From positions 96,001 to 160,000 of IMG/VR virus record IMGVR_UViG_3300035696_000007: a stretch of 64,000 nucleotides of DNA, one strand, 5' to 3'. This DNA comes from a virus. Below the pieces are notes generated by a model, which had not been told where the DNA came from, did not search any database, and worked only from the letters and a program-made list of their open reading frames with translations. Positions within the stretch are counted from its first letter, which is position 1. Each line of letters begins with the position of its first letter. A program made the position numbers and the translations under genes. Shown here in pieces: positions 10,889 to 22,480 of the stretch.

Positions 10889-12176
10889 GTTTTGTTTACA
10901 GAACACTGAGGCTGGACAGGCCGACGTATAAGTGCGGGGTTCTTCCCCCGCTGTCTCCAGGGTCCCCATTCACGGCAATGTGAACACGAATAAGAGATCT
11001 GACCATAAATCAAAAGCTTTTCCACAACACGGCCGCACTTTGGGCAAAAAGGGTGGCCATCACTCATGACTCAGACGGGTTCAGGCCAGCGGAATCGCAC
11101 GCGCTTACAACCACGGGGCTGGTGGGGCGGCGTCGCCGCGAACGGCGGCGTCGCGCCAGGCTCCGGCATGTGCTCCTCGCAGAGGAAGACGCCCTGGCCG
11201 GCGTCGACCCCGTCGACCAAGACGCGGCCGGTCGCCAGCTCGACGCCGCGGGTCGTGGGCCTGCCGCACTCGGCGCAGAAGAACAGGAGCCCGTCGTCGA
11301 GCTGGCGGCAGAGCGGCGCCATGGCCACCAGCCAATCCTGCACCTCGGCGTCGTGGAGCAGGGAGTTGGCCGCCAGCAGCTTCATCGAGCTCTGGCCGTC
11401 GAACCACTCCTTCAGGCTGGCGACAACCCCGGCCAGCTTGAAGAGGAGGGGCGGCGGAGGCTTGAGGGGGTCGGTCATGGTCGTCATCGCAGCAGTTCCG
11501 CGCAGAGGAGCAGGGCGATCTGGCGGGCGAGGTTGTCCGGCTGCCAGGTGGCGCCCTCCCCGAAGACCGAGACGAGGAAGCCGACGGCCTGGTCGGCCTC
11601 CCCGGGCCTGCGGGCCGACGCGATGAGCGCCAGGCCCGCCGGGAGCTCGTAGGCGTCGTCACGGGCCAGCCACTTCGCCGCGTCCACAAAAAGCTTCGGG
11701 TTCAGCTTCATCGGCCCACCCGCCGTCGGAGCAGGAACTTGCGCGCCTCCGCCTTGGTCGGCTTGTAGGGCGGCGCCCTGAGCCCGTGCCGGACCTTGAG
11801 GTAGCTGACGATCTCGGCGTAGCGCACCCGCCGCGGCAGGGCCCTGTTCGGGAAGCACCGGGAGATGCACTCCCGCTCGTGGCTTCCAAGCGCCGAGTCC
11901 CAGACAGTTACGCAGCGGTAGCCACGCGAGATGTGGAAGATAGCTAAACGTTTCATTGAGGGTATACGATGTCCATGATTACCCGTCGCCTGGGCGTATC
12001 CAACCCACCGAGAAGCCTGCGGCGCCTACGTTTTGGTGACCTGTCGCGCACAACGGGGCAGCCGTTGACCCACGCGATCTGCTTAGTGCGTGGGCTATCA
12101 AGGGCGCACATCAGGCTACTGAGCGAGGACGCCTCATGGTAGGGCACAATCTCGCCATTCGGGTGTTGAATCTTGA

Positions 12177-13022
12177 TCACAGCTCGGGCAGGTAGAGCAT
12201 CTCGGCATCCCAGGCGCCGAGGATGTAGTAGTAAAAGCCGAAGGGGGACTGGGCCAGCACGATGGGATCACGCTTGATCTCGCGGTCGGCGACCTCGCGG
12301 AACTGGTCGTTGGTGGCGATCACGAAGAGCCGAGGCTTCTTGCCACACAACTCCATGGTCCTATCAGTGACGGCTTTCATCATCCGGGTGGCCTCGTCGG
12401 GCATCTCGGGGATGAACATGTCGGCGTCCTTGAGCACGAGCTCGTGCTTCTCGCACAGGGCCATGACCTTGGCGTGGTCGGTGGTGTCGAGGCGGGAGAA
12501 GAACTCGCGGAAGGTGGTGCCGTCCTTGGACTTGGCGTCGTACTTCTTGCGGTTGCGCAGGCACTGGAGCAGGGCGTCGACCTCGGCGGTGGAGTACTTG
12601 GTGCCCTGGATGAGGGACCGCTTGGCCTCCATCATCTCGATCTTCGTGTCGAGGCCCTCCAGCGACCAGTGCGTGGGGACGCGGCCGAGCTCGGCCAGCA
12701 CCTCCTTGGGGCGCACCCTGATCTTGGCCACCTTCTCCGGGGCCGGGGCGGGCACGCCGAGCACCTGCACGCCGGACGTGTCGGGCGTCAGCCACGCGGC
12801 GGTGGGGGTCGTCGCGTTGGTCGAGACCATGTTGATGAGGCTATACTGGGTCGGGCCAGTATGGGCGAAGCCGCCGCCGGCGAACCGGTCGGAGCGGAAG
12901 TCGGCGAGGAAGTCGCCGCCCGGCGACTCCTTCTGATCTTTCACGACCGCTTCCTCGACCTCGTCGGCTGTGCGGCCGCTAATGGCCGCGATGAGCGTCT
13001 TGATCAAACTTGGTTTTTTCAT
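12177..13022 (-). CDS. Conserved phage hypothetical protein
   Basis: Long clean ORF ending DPIVLAQSPFGFYYYILGAWD. Confidence 0.65.
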   Translation of the reverse strand: MKKPSLIKTLIAAISGRTADEVEEAVVKDQKESPGGDFLADFRSDRFAGGGFAHTGPTQYSLINMVSTNATTPTAAWLTPDTSGVQVLGVPAPAPEKVAKIRVRPKEVLAELGRVPTHWSLEGLDTKIEMMEAKRSLIQGTKYSTAEVDALLQCLRNRKKYDAKSKDGTTFREFFSRLDTTDHAKVMALCEKHELVLKDADMFIPEMPDEATRMMKAVTDRTMELCGKKPRLFVIATNDQFREVADREIKRDPIVLAQSPFGFYYYILGAWDAEMLYLPEL

Positions 13023-14056
13023 AAGATGCCTCTTAGTTCCTCGGAATAGGGTTCCGAAGCTTAGTGCGGTATGTGGCCTTGAGGTCGCTACCCTGGCAGC
13101 CGTCCGCCGACCTATACCAACTGAGGGTACCGTCCTCACCGGGGAGCCATATCTCAATTTCAGGCGTCGGTGCCCTAGGCCCGATCTCCTCGGGCGCCAA
13201 CAGGCGCCAGCCGTCCTTCACGCCCACGCGCGAGCCGCGCAGCTTGCACGGGTTGTAGCCGGCGGCGACCTCGTCCTTGGGCCACTCGCCGGGGAAGACC
13301 ATCTTCATCTCGTCCCAGTCCCAGGGCGCGAGCGGCAGCTCCCGCGCGTGGAGGGCGCGCAGCTCGGCCTTGCATTTGAGGATGGCCCTCTTCATGTCCT
13401 CAAGGGCGTCGTTGGAGGCTGGCCAGCCGCCCCGCGCGCACCATTTTTTGGCACAGTCCAGGACGGCGCGGGGCAAGTCGTCGGGGTCGAGGAGGAGGGG
13501 CTGCATCCAGAGCAGGCGGGTGGCCCGCTCGGAGGCCGTCTTCGACTCCTTGATGACCTTGCGCCGCTTGTCGGCCGTCTCGCTGAGGGGCTCCAGGAGC
13601 ACCTCGTGGTGCACGTGCCAGTACCATGTCAGTTCGATGCTCATAAATCCTTCCGGTTCCCGCTCAGCCTCTTGCCGGCGCCCGCGGTGACCCGCACGAT
13701 GACCTTCTGGACCTCGCCCACGATGTCCTCCAGGACGTAGGGGAGCATCCCCACGTCCACCAGCCGCAGGCCGAGCGGGCGGGCCTCCGCGTCGAGCTGC
13801 GCGAACATGGCGTTGAGCATGTCCTGCTGGCCAGCCTCGGCGTAGCCCTTTCCCAGCCAACCCTCGGTGAGCGCCACGGTGTAGGGGCGCCCCCGCTGGA
13901 CGTTGTGCACCTTGGGCAGCAGGTCGGCCCCGTCGAGGACCACGATGACCGGGGGGTGCGCGCCGGCGACGGGGTTCGCGGCCCCGGGCGCGGCCCGCAG
14001 CACGGCCTGCACGTCGCCGTCGTAGACGGCGCACACGGTGAATCTGTTGGAGCCGC

Positions 14057-14455
14057 TCACGCCTTCTTCCCCAGCGCCCGCAGGCGCTTGTCGATAGCGG
14101 CGGCGCACAGGGCGCCGGCCCTGGCCAGGTCACGGATCTCATCCTCCAGCCTGCCCGCGGCGGCCTCCTTCTCAGTCCTGAGCACCCGGCGGTGCTCGGA
14201 GGTGCCCGGCTTCCACCAGGAGGCCTTCCACGGCCAGACGGTGACCATGACGCCCTCCTTGTTGGGCAGGCACATGTTCTCGGCGCGGACGCCGCCGGCG
14301 TTGAGGGCGTAGGCGGCCGCCCCGCGCTCCAGCTCGCCGGCCCGGTAGGCGTCGTCGCGGCCGGCGTCGAAGCCCTCGGCCTCGACCTGGCGGGCGCGCT
14401 CGACCGCGATGAGGTGGACACCCTCATTCGTCATAGATTTGCTCTCTTTTTTCAT
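14057..14455 (-). CDS. Phage protein (AERxRQ..WPW..WWKP family)
   Basis: Motifs IAVERARQ, GELxxAAAYAL, WPWKASWWKP, DLARAGAL common in phage accessory proteins. Confidence 0.6.
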   Translation of the reverse strand: MKKESKSMTNEGVHLIAVERARQVEAEGFDAGRDDAYRAGELERGAAAYALNAGGVRAENMCLPNKEGVMVTVWPWKASWWKPGTSEHRRVLRTEKEAAAGRLEDEIRDLARAGALCAAAIDKRLRALGKKA

Positions 14456-16020
14456 GGATGGTTATGATGCCGAACAGCCGCCACGTGGTGACCCTCCACG
14501 CCCGGAACCAAAAGTCGCCGGAGCAGCCCTGGCTCGCCTCGAATCTGACGGCCTTGGTGATCATCCCGCCGCCGTCCCCTTCCCCGGCTTGCCCTCCCAC
14601 AGCCACGCGACGGGGAGCTTCGCGAAGCCGGGGTCGAGCGGACGCCACGCCAGGCAGGCGGGGCGGAGCCCGACGTACATTGAAAGGTAGGCGGGCGGGA
14701 CGCCGCTTAGGCACATCCTGGTCTTCAGCGTCTGCACCTGGCCGTCCGTGGCCACCTCCACGCAGTAGGCCTCGACCGGCTGGCCGGGGTTCGGCTGGGA
14801 AGGCCACGACCCGTCGGGCCGCCTGACGACCCAGCCGTCGCCCGCGGCTGGGCCCGCGTCGCGGAAGTCCCGGTGGTCCACCAGCTCGTCCACCTTGCAG
14901 TCCTCCAGCTTGAAGCCGCTCTCCGGGGGCCTCGGCAGGGCGACGTGGAGTATCGTCGACGCGTCGTCGGCGACGTGCGCCACCCTCCTGCCGAACTCGT
15001 CGCGGTGGACGTAGACGTACACGGCTACTTCACCCTCGAATAGTAGGCGTTGCTGACCCCGGCCTGCGCGCTCCAGCGCCACTGGTCGAGGACGTACTGG
15101 GCGAACTCGCCCTCGGTCAGCTCGATGACCTTGTCCTTGGTCCAGCGCATCATCGAAATGACACGGTCGTAGTCCTCAGTCTGGTCGACGGGGGCCGCGA
15201 CCTGCACCTGGACCTGGAGGGGGATGCGCTTGCCCCTGCGGGCCAGCCTGAGCATCTTGTCGAGCTGCCGGATGACGGTCTTCCGGTAGCCCTCCTGCGC
15301 CTTGAGGAAGATGGCGCGGTGGGCGTTCCTGTTGGCCACGAGCTTGGCCAGCAGCTTTTCCTTGTCGATTTTCACGGTTTCCATAAAGCCTATGAGAACT
15401 CACTTCGGCGCGGGAGCAACCGGCGGAACTCGCGGGGGTCGGCTGGTGAGCCTGTATGCCCGCACCACCCTCTCGTTGACGATTTCGAGGAGCGTCCAGC
15501 CATTTTCGTATGCAGCGGCCAAAAGAGCGTCCCATTGCCCTGGCCGCATTGTGATGTAACCCTGACCCGCCGGGCCCACCACAGGAAATGGGGAGGGGAG
15601 TGGGATACGATCTAGCAGCGGACGTTTCATGGGATGCAGGTCAGAAGGGCGGCGGGAACCTGGAGCCCTCGGCACCTATCTCCGGCCACCGCATGCGGTC
15701 CGGCCCGGCCCGCTCGGCGGCCCGCCTGAGCGCCTCCAGCTGCGGGGCGTCGAGGCCCTTGCTCTTGTGCTCCTCGATGCTCTTCAGCAAATGCTCGACC
15801 ATGCCGGGCGGCATCGCCGCGACCAGCTCCTCGGCCATGCCAGGCGGCACCGTCGACGCGAGGTGGTCGGCGAGCAAGTTCAGGACCTCGCCCAGGGCCT
15901 TCTCGAACTCCTCCGGCGAGAAGGTCTCGTGCCCGACGGGGAGCCCGACGACGGCTTCGAGCTTCGCCTTCAGCGCCTCGATGAAGTCCTCCCCGGACCC
16001 GCCGATGAAAGGCTCGCCGC

Positions 16021-16423
16021 TCACCGGTCGCCCTCCTCGCCCCTGGCGTCCTCAAGCTCGGCCTCGGCCAGGGCGTCGGACTGGCGGTAGCGGACGGGCT
16101 TGCCGTCGACGAGGCCCACCGCGTTCCGGGCGGCCGCCTGTGCGTCCTTGGCCATCCTGAACACCTTCTCCGCGTCGGCCTTAGAGAGCATCCGCATCGA
16201 GAAGAACGACGGCATGCCGTTGATCGAGCGGGGGCCGGCCTCGGAGAGGTACTCGTAGATCAGGCCCGGCGGGTTCTTGATCATCTCCCTGCGCTGCTTG
16301 GCGCCCATGAAGATGAGGACCATGAACACGGACGAGAGGTCCTCCGGGCTGCGCAGTGAAGACGCGGCCCGCGGCGATGTCCAGCGCGAGCTGCCCGAGT
16401 TCGGCTTCGGGGAGGTCCTTCAT
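16021..16423 (-). pseudogene. Frameshifted hypothetical gene
   Basis: N-part MKDLPEAE..DIAAGRVFT and C-part LRSPEDLSSVFMVLIF..YEYLSEAGPRSING are in different frames, joining near 16355. Confidence 0.5.
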
Positions 16424-16989
16424 GTATCAGGAAAATGTTTACGCCACCCTCGGCCTGCTCGACGGCATGGGGCCGGGGCTGGGCTTCTTCTTCGCGTCAC
16501 GCTCGCGAACCTCCACAAGCATCGGCGGGATGGCCTTGCCCTTGAGGCGGCGGATGTCGAAGTCGAGCGGCAGGATCGCCTGTCCGGTCTTCTCCAGCGT
16601 GCCGCGGGGCTGGATCTCCACGTGCGTGCAGCCGCTGACGTGCACCAATAGGTTGATCGCCATGCCGGCGAAGCCGGTGTAGGTGTCCTCGACCTGCGTG
16701 CCGAGCACTTCGATTGGGATCTCGCAGTCCACAAGTTCGATTTTGTGCTCGCCAAAGCCTTCAAGCCTCTCCGCGGCCAGCCAGACTTGCTTGAGCGGCC
16801 GCTGGTCGGCCGGGTCCAGGCCCTTCGGCTGGACGAGGTACAAGTGCGAAAGATCCAACCCGATCTGCAGGAGCGTCACGGTGCCCCTGAGGCCCGTCGC
16901 AAGGTCCCTGACCTTGCTTCCAAGCTTGATGATTTTCATTCTAGTTTTTGTTTACAACTTTATGTCTACAACAAAATGGTGGCCGCATG

Positions 16990-17763
16990 TCAACTGAAAC
17001 CCGACGCCGTCAGCGCCGCACACGCCTCCATGGCCGCCTTGAGGCCCTGAGCGATCTCGACCCACCGCACGGCAAGGACGACGGCGTACACGGATGGCTT
17101 CACGCCGTAGGCGCCGCAGGCGTAGGCGTCGTTCGCCTCGATCAGGGCCGTGATGGACCCGCCCCGCAGCACACCGAAGTCCAGCAGGAAAGCGACCGGC
17201 CCGCCCGCGGCGAAGTACGCGTACGCCGCGTCCTCGACGACGCCGCGGTCCACCGGCGTGGCCTCGTCGCCCCAGTAGTGCCGCACGTCTAGGACGCGCC
17301 CGAGCAGGACGAACGCCCGCCACTCCGACTTGAAGTCGACCACGTCCGAGCACCAGATCTCGTCGTCGGGGCGAATCCTGGCCAGGGTCGGCGTGCCGGT
17401 GACGAAGCCGGTGAACTTCTTGACCCGGCCCCGCGGCTTGACGAAGAGCGGCGCCCTCCCGCAGACCTCCCGCCAGGTGGACGGCCACACGCACCGCCGG
17501 AAGAACCGGCGCAGGCAGTCGGGGTAGTCGAGCGGCCAGGGCGGGGTGAGGCCGAGCTGCCTCAGCGCCATGTGGACGACCGGCACCGTGCCGCCCACCA
17601 GGGTGCCCGTGGAGAGGGGCACCCGGCCCCTGAAGAGGTTCTTCTCGTAGAAGCCGAACCACGGGACGCGCGGGCTGAGCGCCGACAGCCCGGCGGCGAG
17701 CGCCTGGCAGTCCGTCTCCAGGCGGCCGGGCGACTCCAGCAGGAGCTGCGCGGAGGTTATCAT
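16990..17763 (-). CDS. ATP-grasp domain protein (R2K/DUF4343-like)
   Basis: LFVKP..KKFTG, SEWRAFV, LDFG..LIEAND motifs. Confidence 0.75.
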   Translation of the reverse strand: MITSAQLLLESPGRLETDCQALAAGLSALSPRVPWFGFYEKNLFRGRVPLSTGTLVGGTVPVVHMALRQLGLTPPWPLDYPDCLRRFFRRCVWPSTWREVCGRAPLFVKPRGRVKKFTGFVTGTPTLARIRPDDEIWCSDVVDFKSEWRAFVLLGRVLDVRHYWGDEATPVDRGVVEDAAYAYFAAGGPVAFLLDFGVLRGGSITALIEANDAYACGAYGVKPSVYAVVLAVRWVEIAQGLKAAMEACAALTASGFS

Positions 17764-17764
17764 G

Positions 17765-18607
17765 TCAGCTCCCGATGGCGATCGAGCCGTCGAGGATCTG
17801 GGCGATGTACTGCTCGTGCGTCGCCTGCGCCCGGCGCCTGGCCGGCCCGCCGGCGACGCGCTGCCAGAAGGAGGGCCGCGAGGACATGTGGGCGTCCACG
17901 CGCCTGGCCTCCTCGATCCTGGCGTCGAGCGTGCCGCCGGCCAGGGCCCCGGCCTCGACGCCGCGGCGGGCCGTCTCCAGGGCCCTCGCGATGGCCTCGC
18001 TCCGCCACCAGTGCGCCGGGATGTCCCGCGGGGTGTAGACGACGCGGGGGACGCCGTCCCATTCCGGCCGCGCGCCCACCGGCCCCTGCACGCCCGTCGG
18101 GCCCACCGGCCCCTGCATGCCACCGCGCGGCCACATGCGCGTCGGCTCGACATGCCCGCGCGGCGGAGGCCCCGCGCCGGTGACCCCGGAGGCGGCGGCC
18201 CATCCCGGCCCCGTGGCCCCGGGGAACATGGCGAACGCCCCGGACTCGCGCGCCCCCGGCCACGCGTCCGCGCCGCGCACCTCGAAATTGGAGTTCATCG
18301 CCTCGATCACGCGCACCTGCTCCTCGGTCATGGGGGGCGTCGCGCCGGGCCGGTCCAGCCAGGCGGGGTGCTCCACGGGCTGGCCGTCGACGGGGGCCGT
18401 CAGGACCATCTCCTCGCGGTAGCCCGCGCCGAGCGGCCCCTGCCACTCGCCGTCCTCGTTCTTCCACCAGCGGCTACCGTCGCTAGTGTCCTCGACCGCG
18501 GGCAGGCCGCGCCACTCGCCCGGCCGGAAGCGGGCCTTCGGGGCCTTCGGCTTCTTCGGCCTGGGGGCGGAGGGCTCTTCGAGGTCGAACTTTCGGATGG
18601 CGGCCAC
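17765..18607 (-). CDS. Hypothetical protein, IRKFDL motif and short collagen-like stretch
   Basis: GTG start after GTTCT; GMQGPVGPTGVQGPVG. Confidence 0.55.
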   Translation of the reverse strand: MAAIRKFDLEEPSAPRPKKPKAPKARFRPGEWRGLPAVEDTSDGSRWWKNEDGEWQGPLGAGYREEMVLTAPVDGQPVEHPAWLDRPGATPPMTEEQVRVIEAMNSNFEVRGADAWPGARESGAFAMFPGATGPGWAAASGVTGAGPPPRGHVEPTRMWPRGGMQGPVGPTGVQGPVGARPEWDGVPRVVYTPRDIPAHWWRSEAIARALETARRGVEAGALAGGTLDARIEEARRVDAHMSSRPSFWQRVAGGPARRRAQATHEQYIAQILDGSIAIGS

Positions 18608-18622
18608 GGCTCTGGAAAGAAC

Positions 18623-18946
18623 TCAGGTCATGTAGACCGGCACGCACACCGGCACGGCCACCGGCATCATCACCGTGATCATCGAGATGAACACGGGCAC
18701 GGGCACCGGCACGGGCACCAGCACGGGCACCGACGGCGCGGCTGGCGCCCACCCCCAGCCCGTCCAAGCCAGCCAGCCGAAGCGAGGATCGAAGCAGACC
18801 GTCCCGGGCGGCGGAAACGGCTGGGGGCAGTTCGAAGTCCAGAACGACGGGCGCGCGGGGGCCGGCTCCGGGGGCGGGGGCGGGTCGCCGAGGTCGAACC
18901 TGCGGATGGGCGTCTGCACGGGATTCGAGCCGCGATGGCCGGGCAT
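18623..18946 (-). CDS. Hypothetical Pro/Val-rich protein with IRRFDL motif
   Basis: ORF between neighbours; PVPVPVPV tail. Confidence 0.4.
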   Translation of the reverse strand: MPGHRGSNPVQTPIRRFDLGDPPPPPEPAPARPSFWTSNCPQPFPPPGTVCFDPRFGWLAWTGWGWAPAAPSVPVLVPVPVPVPVFISMITVMMPVAVPVCVPVYMT

Positions 18947-19844
18947 TTGTTTACAAGCCCCGCAGCTTCCTGCACCCCGGGTTGCCGGACATGCAGGGGC
19001 CGCCGAAGCGCCCGCAGAGCCACGTGCCGCAGGTGATGCGCCTGGGGCCGCGCACGCACCTGACGCCTTCGGGCGAGGAGTCGTCGGAGACGTAGTAGCG
19101 GACGGCGGTCTCGGTGACCTTCGGCCCGCGCCTGAGGAGGCCCGCGGCCCCGCAGAGGCGGAACTGCTCGCTGAACAGGCGGGGCGCCTTGGGCGGGGAC
19201 ACCGTGCCGGGGGCGGCGGACTCCATCTCGGCCAAGACGGTGCCCTCCAGCGTCTGGAGGGCGCAGCCGAGCACGTAGAGCTTGCCGCGCAGGCCGCCCT
19301 TGGGCGGCAGGGCGTTGACGGCCGCCCAGAACGGGCGGGACTTGGGGCCGGAGTACCGGCGGTGGAGGGGCTTGGCCCGGCGAAGGAAGGCCTGCCGGTC
19401 CTTGGCGAACTTCCTGAGATCCTTCAGCCATCGGGCGTGCGTCTTTTTCGGTGTCTTTTTTGGTGTCTTTTTTGGCATCTTCATGGCGGGTTCAAAGTTC
19501 GACCTGCTTGCCGTCGAAGCCGATCCAGGGCTCGTCCCTCCAGTCCTCCCCGTCGCCGCGGTCGCCCCAGTCCGTGGCCGCCGTCGGGGTGTCGATCTCC
19601 GTCCACGGGGCGCCCGGCGGGACGTCGCGCTGGTCGCCGCCCGGCCCGGTGTACTTGACGGGGGTGGAGGGGTTCCGCTCCGCGAACAGGGCCACCGCGA
19701 TCAGGAACGCCCGCTCCGGCGTGTCCGTCGCGACGTACGGCCCCGGCCGCAGGAGGCCGAAGTCGTGCACGACGCCCCTGACGTACCGCCGGCCCCGGCG
19801 GGGCAGCCGCTCGTACGCGGCCTCGTTGAACGTCCTCGTCTCAT

Positions 19845-20360
19845 TCACGGCACGGTCTGGAGCCTGAAGGGGGAGACGATGACGCGGGGCTCGACGTAGA
19901 CGGGCTTCACGTCGCCGCCGTTGGGGTCCTTGAGGAGCACCCAAGTGCCCTCGGCGGTGGCGGGCGAGTAGAGGCCGTTGGGGTCGGCCTGGGCGATGGT
20001 GGTCGCCCCCTGCCCGTAGGGGATGGTCTGCTGCGGGTTGGTGAACTGGGTGGCGTAGGGGATGCCGTAGCCGACGGACTCGCCGAGGAAGACCAGCTTG
20101 CCGGTCATCTCCGCCACGATGTAGGTGTAGGTGACGAGGCCGTTCTGGTCGCGCAGCTCGATGATGTCCTTCAGGAGCTTCTTCTCCCTGAAGTTGTGGA
20201 CGGCGGGCATGCCGACGGTCATGTTGGACTCGCGCTGCAGGGTCTCCTGCCGCTGCTTCTCGACGGCGATGCTGTCCGGCGTGCCGGAGCAGGAGTTCTC
20301 GGCGCCGCACCAGAGCAGCGCGAGAGGGATCAGGACTGTGAGGGCCAGCTTTCTTTTCAT
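19845..20360 (-). CDS. Secreted/lipoprotein-like phage protein
   Basis: Signal-like N-terminus with Cys; GYGIPYATQFTNP, QADPNGLYS motifs. Confidence 0.6.
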   Translation of the reverse strand: MKRKLALTVLIPLALLWCGAENSCSGTPDSIAVEKQRQETLQRESNMTVGMPAVHNFREKKLLKDIIELRDQNGLVTYTYIVAEMTGKLVFLGESVGYGIPYATQFTNPQQTIPYGQGATTIAQADPNGLYSPATAEGTWVLLKDPNGGDVKPVYVEPRVIVSPFRLQTVP

Positions 20361-20379
20361 GGGGGCTGGGGGTCAGGGG

Positions 20380-20721
20380 TTATTGGTTGAGGTGCTTGCG
20401 GGCGCGGAGCTGGCGCATGAAGCCCTGGAGGTCGGCCGGGAGCTTCTCGTCGGGGTAGTCGGCGTAGCGGTGGAGGATCAGGCTGGCCAGGGCGTCCTTG
20501 CCGCCCTCGTCGGCGGCGACGTACTGGGCCTCCATGCCGTAGAGGTCCTGGATCATGCCCTGGTTGTAGGCCTTCGACTGCTCGAAGGTGGAGCGGCGCA
20601 CCGCCTCCATCCTGGGGTTGAACACCTTGAACAGGAAGTAGTCGTTCCCCTGAACGACCCATCCGATGGCCAGCACCGCGAGGAGGCCGGCGAGGAGTAT
20701 CGTGGCGATTTTGGTCTTCAT
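20380..20721 (-). CDS. Membrane-anchored protein
   Basis: N-terminal TM, RRSTFEQSKAYNQG. Confidence 0.6.
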   Translation of the reverse strand: MKTKIATILLAGLLAVLAIGWVVQGNDYFLFKVFNPRMEAVRRSTFEQSKAYNQGMIQDLYGMEAQYVAADEGGKDALASLILHRYADYPDEKLPADLQGFMRQLRARKHLNQ

Positions 20722-20792
20722 GGAAGGGGGTCACGGGGCGAAGGACTACCCGGGGGCGTCCCAGTGCTCGCATGACTGGCAGAAGCGCATGG

Positions 20793-21344
20793 TCAGTCCC
20801 TGTCGACGCAGATGGCGATGACGCCCCCGACGGCGAGGACGATGAAGAAGACGACCTGGCAGCCGCCCACCCACCGCCAGAGGGACGGGTGGCTGTGCTT
20901 CCACCAGACGCCCTCGAACACGTCGAGCATCCCCTTGGCCTCGCCCTGCTCCTGAGCCGTGATCTGCTGGATGGCGGCCTGGTACTGGAAGGAGCCGACG
21001 TCCATGTTCAGGATTTCGTGCAGGCGCCCCTGGAGGCTCTTGACGGCCTCCAGGTTGCGGTCGAAGGAGTTGTCCGGGGTCGTGAGGAGCACGGCGTTGT
21101 GCTCGCCGGCGAAACCCCCGGCCTCCAGCGCGGCCACGAAGGCGTCGACGTACTTCGACTTCTGCGGGATGGTGGAGGCCTTCTCGGCGAGGCTCCAGTA
21201 CGACCCGAACTGGCGGCTGTACTGGTACTCGCCGACGATCTCGTTGGCGACGTTGAAGACCGTGGCGGCGACGCCGACCAAGAGCATGACGATCCCGGCG
21301 GGCGTGAGGGCGGACCTGTCGGAGGGCGACGATATGGTGTCCAT
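20793..21344 (-). CDS. Two-TM membrane protein
   Basis: Hydrophobic helices at both termini. Confidence 0.6.
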   Translation of the reverse strand: MDTISSPSDRSALTPAGIVMLLVGVAATVFNVANEIVGEYQYSRQFGSYWSLAEKASTIPQKSKYVDAFVAALEAGGFAGEHNAVLLTTPDNSFDRNLEAVKSLQGRLHEILNMDVGSFQYQAAIQQITAQEQGEAKGMLDVFEGVWWKHSHPSLWRWVGGCQVVFFIVLAVGGVIAICVDRD

Positions 21345-21350
21345 AAAGGT

Positions 21351-21749
21351 TCAGCGCAGGCCGAGGACGCCGGTAACCCCGACGCCCGCGGCGAGCAGCA
21401 GGGCGACCATGCCCGCCTCCGCGAGGGAGGCGCACTCGCCGCTGCGGACCTCGTGGGGCCACGGCCGCGAGAAGTCGAACAGCGTCACGGTCCAGTAGTT
21501 GACCTGGTCGGGGCCGATGTGCCGGGCCTTCCAGTCGCGCCTGTCGAGGCAGGCCAGCACGGCCTTGGAGTCGCCGGTGAAGTTGGGCAAGCCCTCGAAG
21601 ACGCACCGGTCACCGTCGAACCAGCCGCCGGGGTCCACGAGGTGATAGTCCGAGTCGAAGGCGGGGGGACGCATGACGAGGCCAAGCGCACGCTCGGCGA
21701 AGAGTTTGTTCTTCGCGGTGGCGTCCAGGGCGTTCCAGTCGATTGTCAT
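21351..21749 (-). CDS. Phage ABA-sandwich-like protein
   Basis: NKLFAERALG..LPNFTGD..A pattern. Confidence 0.45.
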   Translation of the reverse strand: MTIDWNALDATAKNKLFAERALGLVMRPPAFDSDYHLVDPGGWFDGDRCVFEGLPNFTGDSKAVLACLDRRDWKARHIGPDQVNYWTVTLFDFSRPWPHEVRSGECASLAEAGMVALLLAAGVGVTGVLGLR

Positions 21750-22400
21750 TGAGAAGGCGGTTGAATCTTCGGCTTGGTGATCTGGTGATTGTATTCGTCG
21801 GCCAACGAAGCGGCCATGAAGACCTCCAAGGCGTTGAGAGCGGCCTGGGCGTCGACGCCCGACACGTCGGTAGAGGTCGACAGCCCTCCGTCCGGGCGCA
21901 GCATCTCGGCCCTGGTGGCGATGTTGTCGGCGTCGATCACGACCTTCCAGCCGTGGCGGAGCAGGCGGTTGATGAGGGGGTGGGGCGGGCTCATGCGCAG
22001 TTTGTGTTAGACTATTAGAACTGCGGGTCGCAACTTTTTTCGTAAACAAAAGTTAGAGTCCGATCTCCCGCAGCCACCGGCTGTACGCCATGACCGTCGC
22101 GTCGTGCGCCGCCCGCATCGCCTCCAGGTTGCCGGACTTGACGGCGCAGTGGAACTCCGCGTTGGCCTCGTTGAACTGGCGGAGCCAGAACTCACCCTGG
22201 ACGCAGGCCTGCTCGCGCCCCACGCTGTAGCGCACGAGGCCGACGAGCGCCGCAGCGATCGCGATGTAGACGAGGCCGACGGGCAGCGAGACGCAGCTGT
22301 TCGCGACGCCCAGCCCCGTCGTGACGACCACCATCCCGACGGCCAGCCACTTGGAAAACCTAGCCGAGGCCGCGCTTGGACCCTTGATGATTTCCATTGG

Positions 22401-22432
22401 AAAAAACCGCGGGCGGCGCAAGCCGCCCGCGG
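22401..22432 (-). terminator. Intrinsic terminator-like hairpin
   Basis: CCGCGGGCGGC-loop-GCCGCCCGCGG followed by T6 on minus strand. Confidence 0.6.
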
Positions 22433-22480
22433 CTATGAATCCATCCACTCTCCAGCGCCGGGGGCGCTGGCAAACGAAAG

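Noticed and set aside
18627-18740. His-rich metal-binding protein on the plus strand
   Set aside because: It is the antisense reading of a Pro/Val hexamer repeat within a uniformly minus-strand gene block
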